Shown: positions 63,546 through 64,000 of the stretch, in pieces | Numbering within the stretch: position 1 is the stretch's first letter | Layout of the letters: every line of letters starts with the position of its first letter | IMG/VR virus record: IMGVR_UViG_3300020183_000008 | Span: 91,271 to 155,270 of that record | DNA: 64,000 nt | Reading direction: 5' to 3' (one strand) | Source: a virus | The notes under the pieces: model-generated | The model's database searches: none | The model's input: the letters and a program-made list of their open reading frames with translations, nothing else | What the model was told of the DNA's origin: nothing | Position numbers and translations under genes: made by a program

Positions 63546-64000
63546 ATTTTTTGGTATATCCAAAAAAGAAATACGAAGTCTTTTTTTGGATACACCTGAG
63601 AATAAAAAATCATCGTTTTTAAAAGAATTGATGGATTTTTCTAAAAAATACATCAGTGACCACGATGTTTATTCTTATGTTAAAAATTTTGATGATGGTA
63701 TCAGTTTTGAAAAAGCTAAAAAAGAAATTTTGAAAAGCCAAGAAGAAGCAAAACAATTCTTGGAAAGTTTGCCACCACAAGAAATCCCAAAAAAGGAAAT
63801 CATCGTGAGAAGAAAACAAAGTCTTGTAGAACTTGCAAAAAAGATCGAAAAAGTAGCTTATGAGCTAAATGTTTTTGGTGTTCAGAAAGAAGCGGCACAA
63901 CCTCGACTTTATGAATACGAATACGAAGGTATGAAGTTTTACATGGAAGAAAAGAAGCCACAAGGTGTTCGCCTTCCCGCAGGTAAGGCTTTATTTACAA
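63538..64000 (+). CDS. Partial CDS whose C-terminal part duplicates 63297..63545
   Basis: ATG 63538 open to the window end; 63874-64000 identical to 63357-63483. Confidence 0.7.
   Translation, partial: MNKFFGISKKEIRSLFLDTPENKKSSFLKELMDFSKKYISDHDVYSYVKNFDDGISFEKAKKEILKSQEEAKQFLESLPPQEIPKKEIIVRRKQSLVELAKKIEKVAYELNVFGVQKEAAQPRLYEYEYEGMKFYMEEKKPQGVRLPAGKALFT

Noticed and set aside
1-64000. Stop-codon reassignment, diversity-generating retroelement or retron
   Set aside because: Conserved genes are full length in the standard code, all three stops are used, and no reverse transcriptase or adenine-specific TR/VR pair was seen

Overview
A 64-kb, AT-rich, gene-dense segment of a large (probably jumbo) tailed dsDNA phage in the standard genetic code. 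No portal, terminase or DNA polymerase is recognisable in the window. Layout: (i) 1-4.1 kb, minus-strand tail/baseplate-associated paralogs. (ii) 4.5-6.1 kb, a non-coding region holding a promoter-driven repeat array inside a long nested helix, two further structured domains, 94-bp direct repeats and 12-bp tandem repeats. (iii) 6.1-29.7 kb, a replication/recombination/host-takeover block: DksA/TraR, clamp-loader delta'/delta-like subunits, NrdAB, a degenerate NAD-ligase fragment, RecD, HU, Lon, SSB, RuvC, RecA, split SbcC plus SbcD, and a PD-(D/E)XK nuclease. UvrD lies at 32.2-33.9 kb. (iv) 29.7-64 kb, the virion module: probable branched tail spikes, many small K/R-x-A-motif proteins, prohead protease, scaffold, decoration proteins, major capsid protein, neck proteins and three glycan-modifying enzymes. 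An island carrying a LAGLIDADG endonuclease, a Mom-like DNA modifier and tRNA-Leu interrupts it. Best candidates for new biology: the ~1-kb cluster of predicted structured RNAs with its alternating-spacer array, a TCCGCCGAAAT promoter-box regulon linking that RNA to recA, ssb, dksA, recD and uvrD, the coupled Mom-like/LAGLIDADG pair, and a shared putative head-targeting or cleavage motif. All assignments come from manual motif and base-pair inspection; no database searches or folding programs were run.
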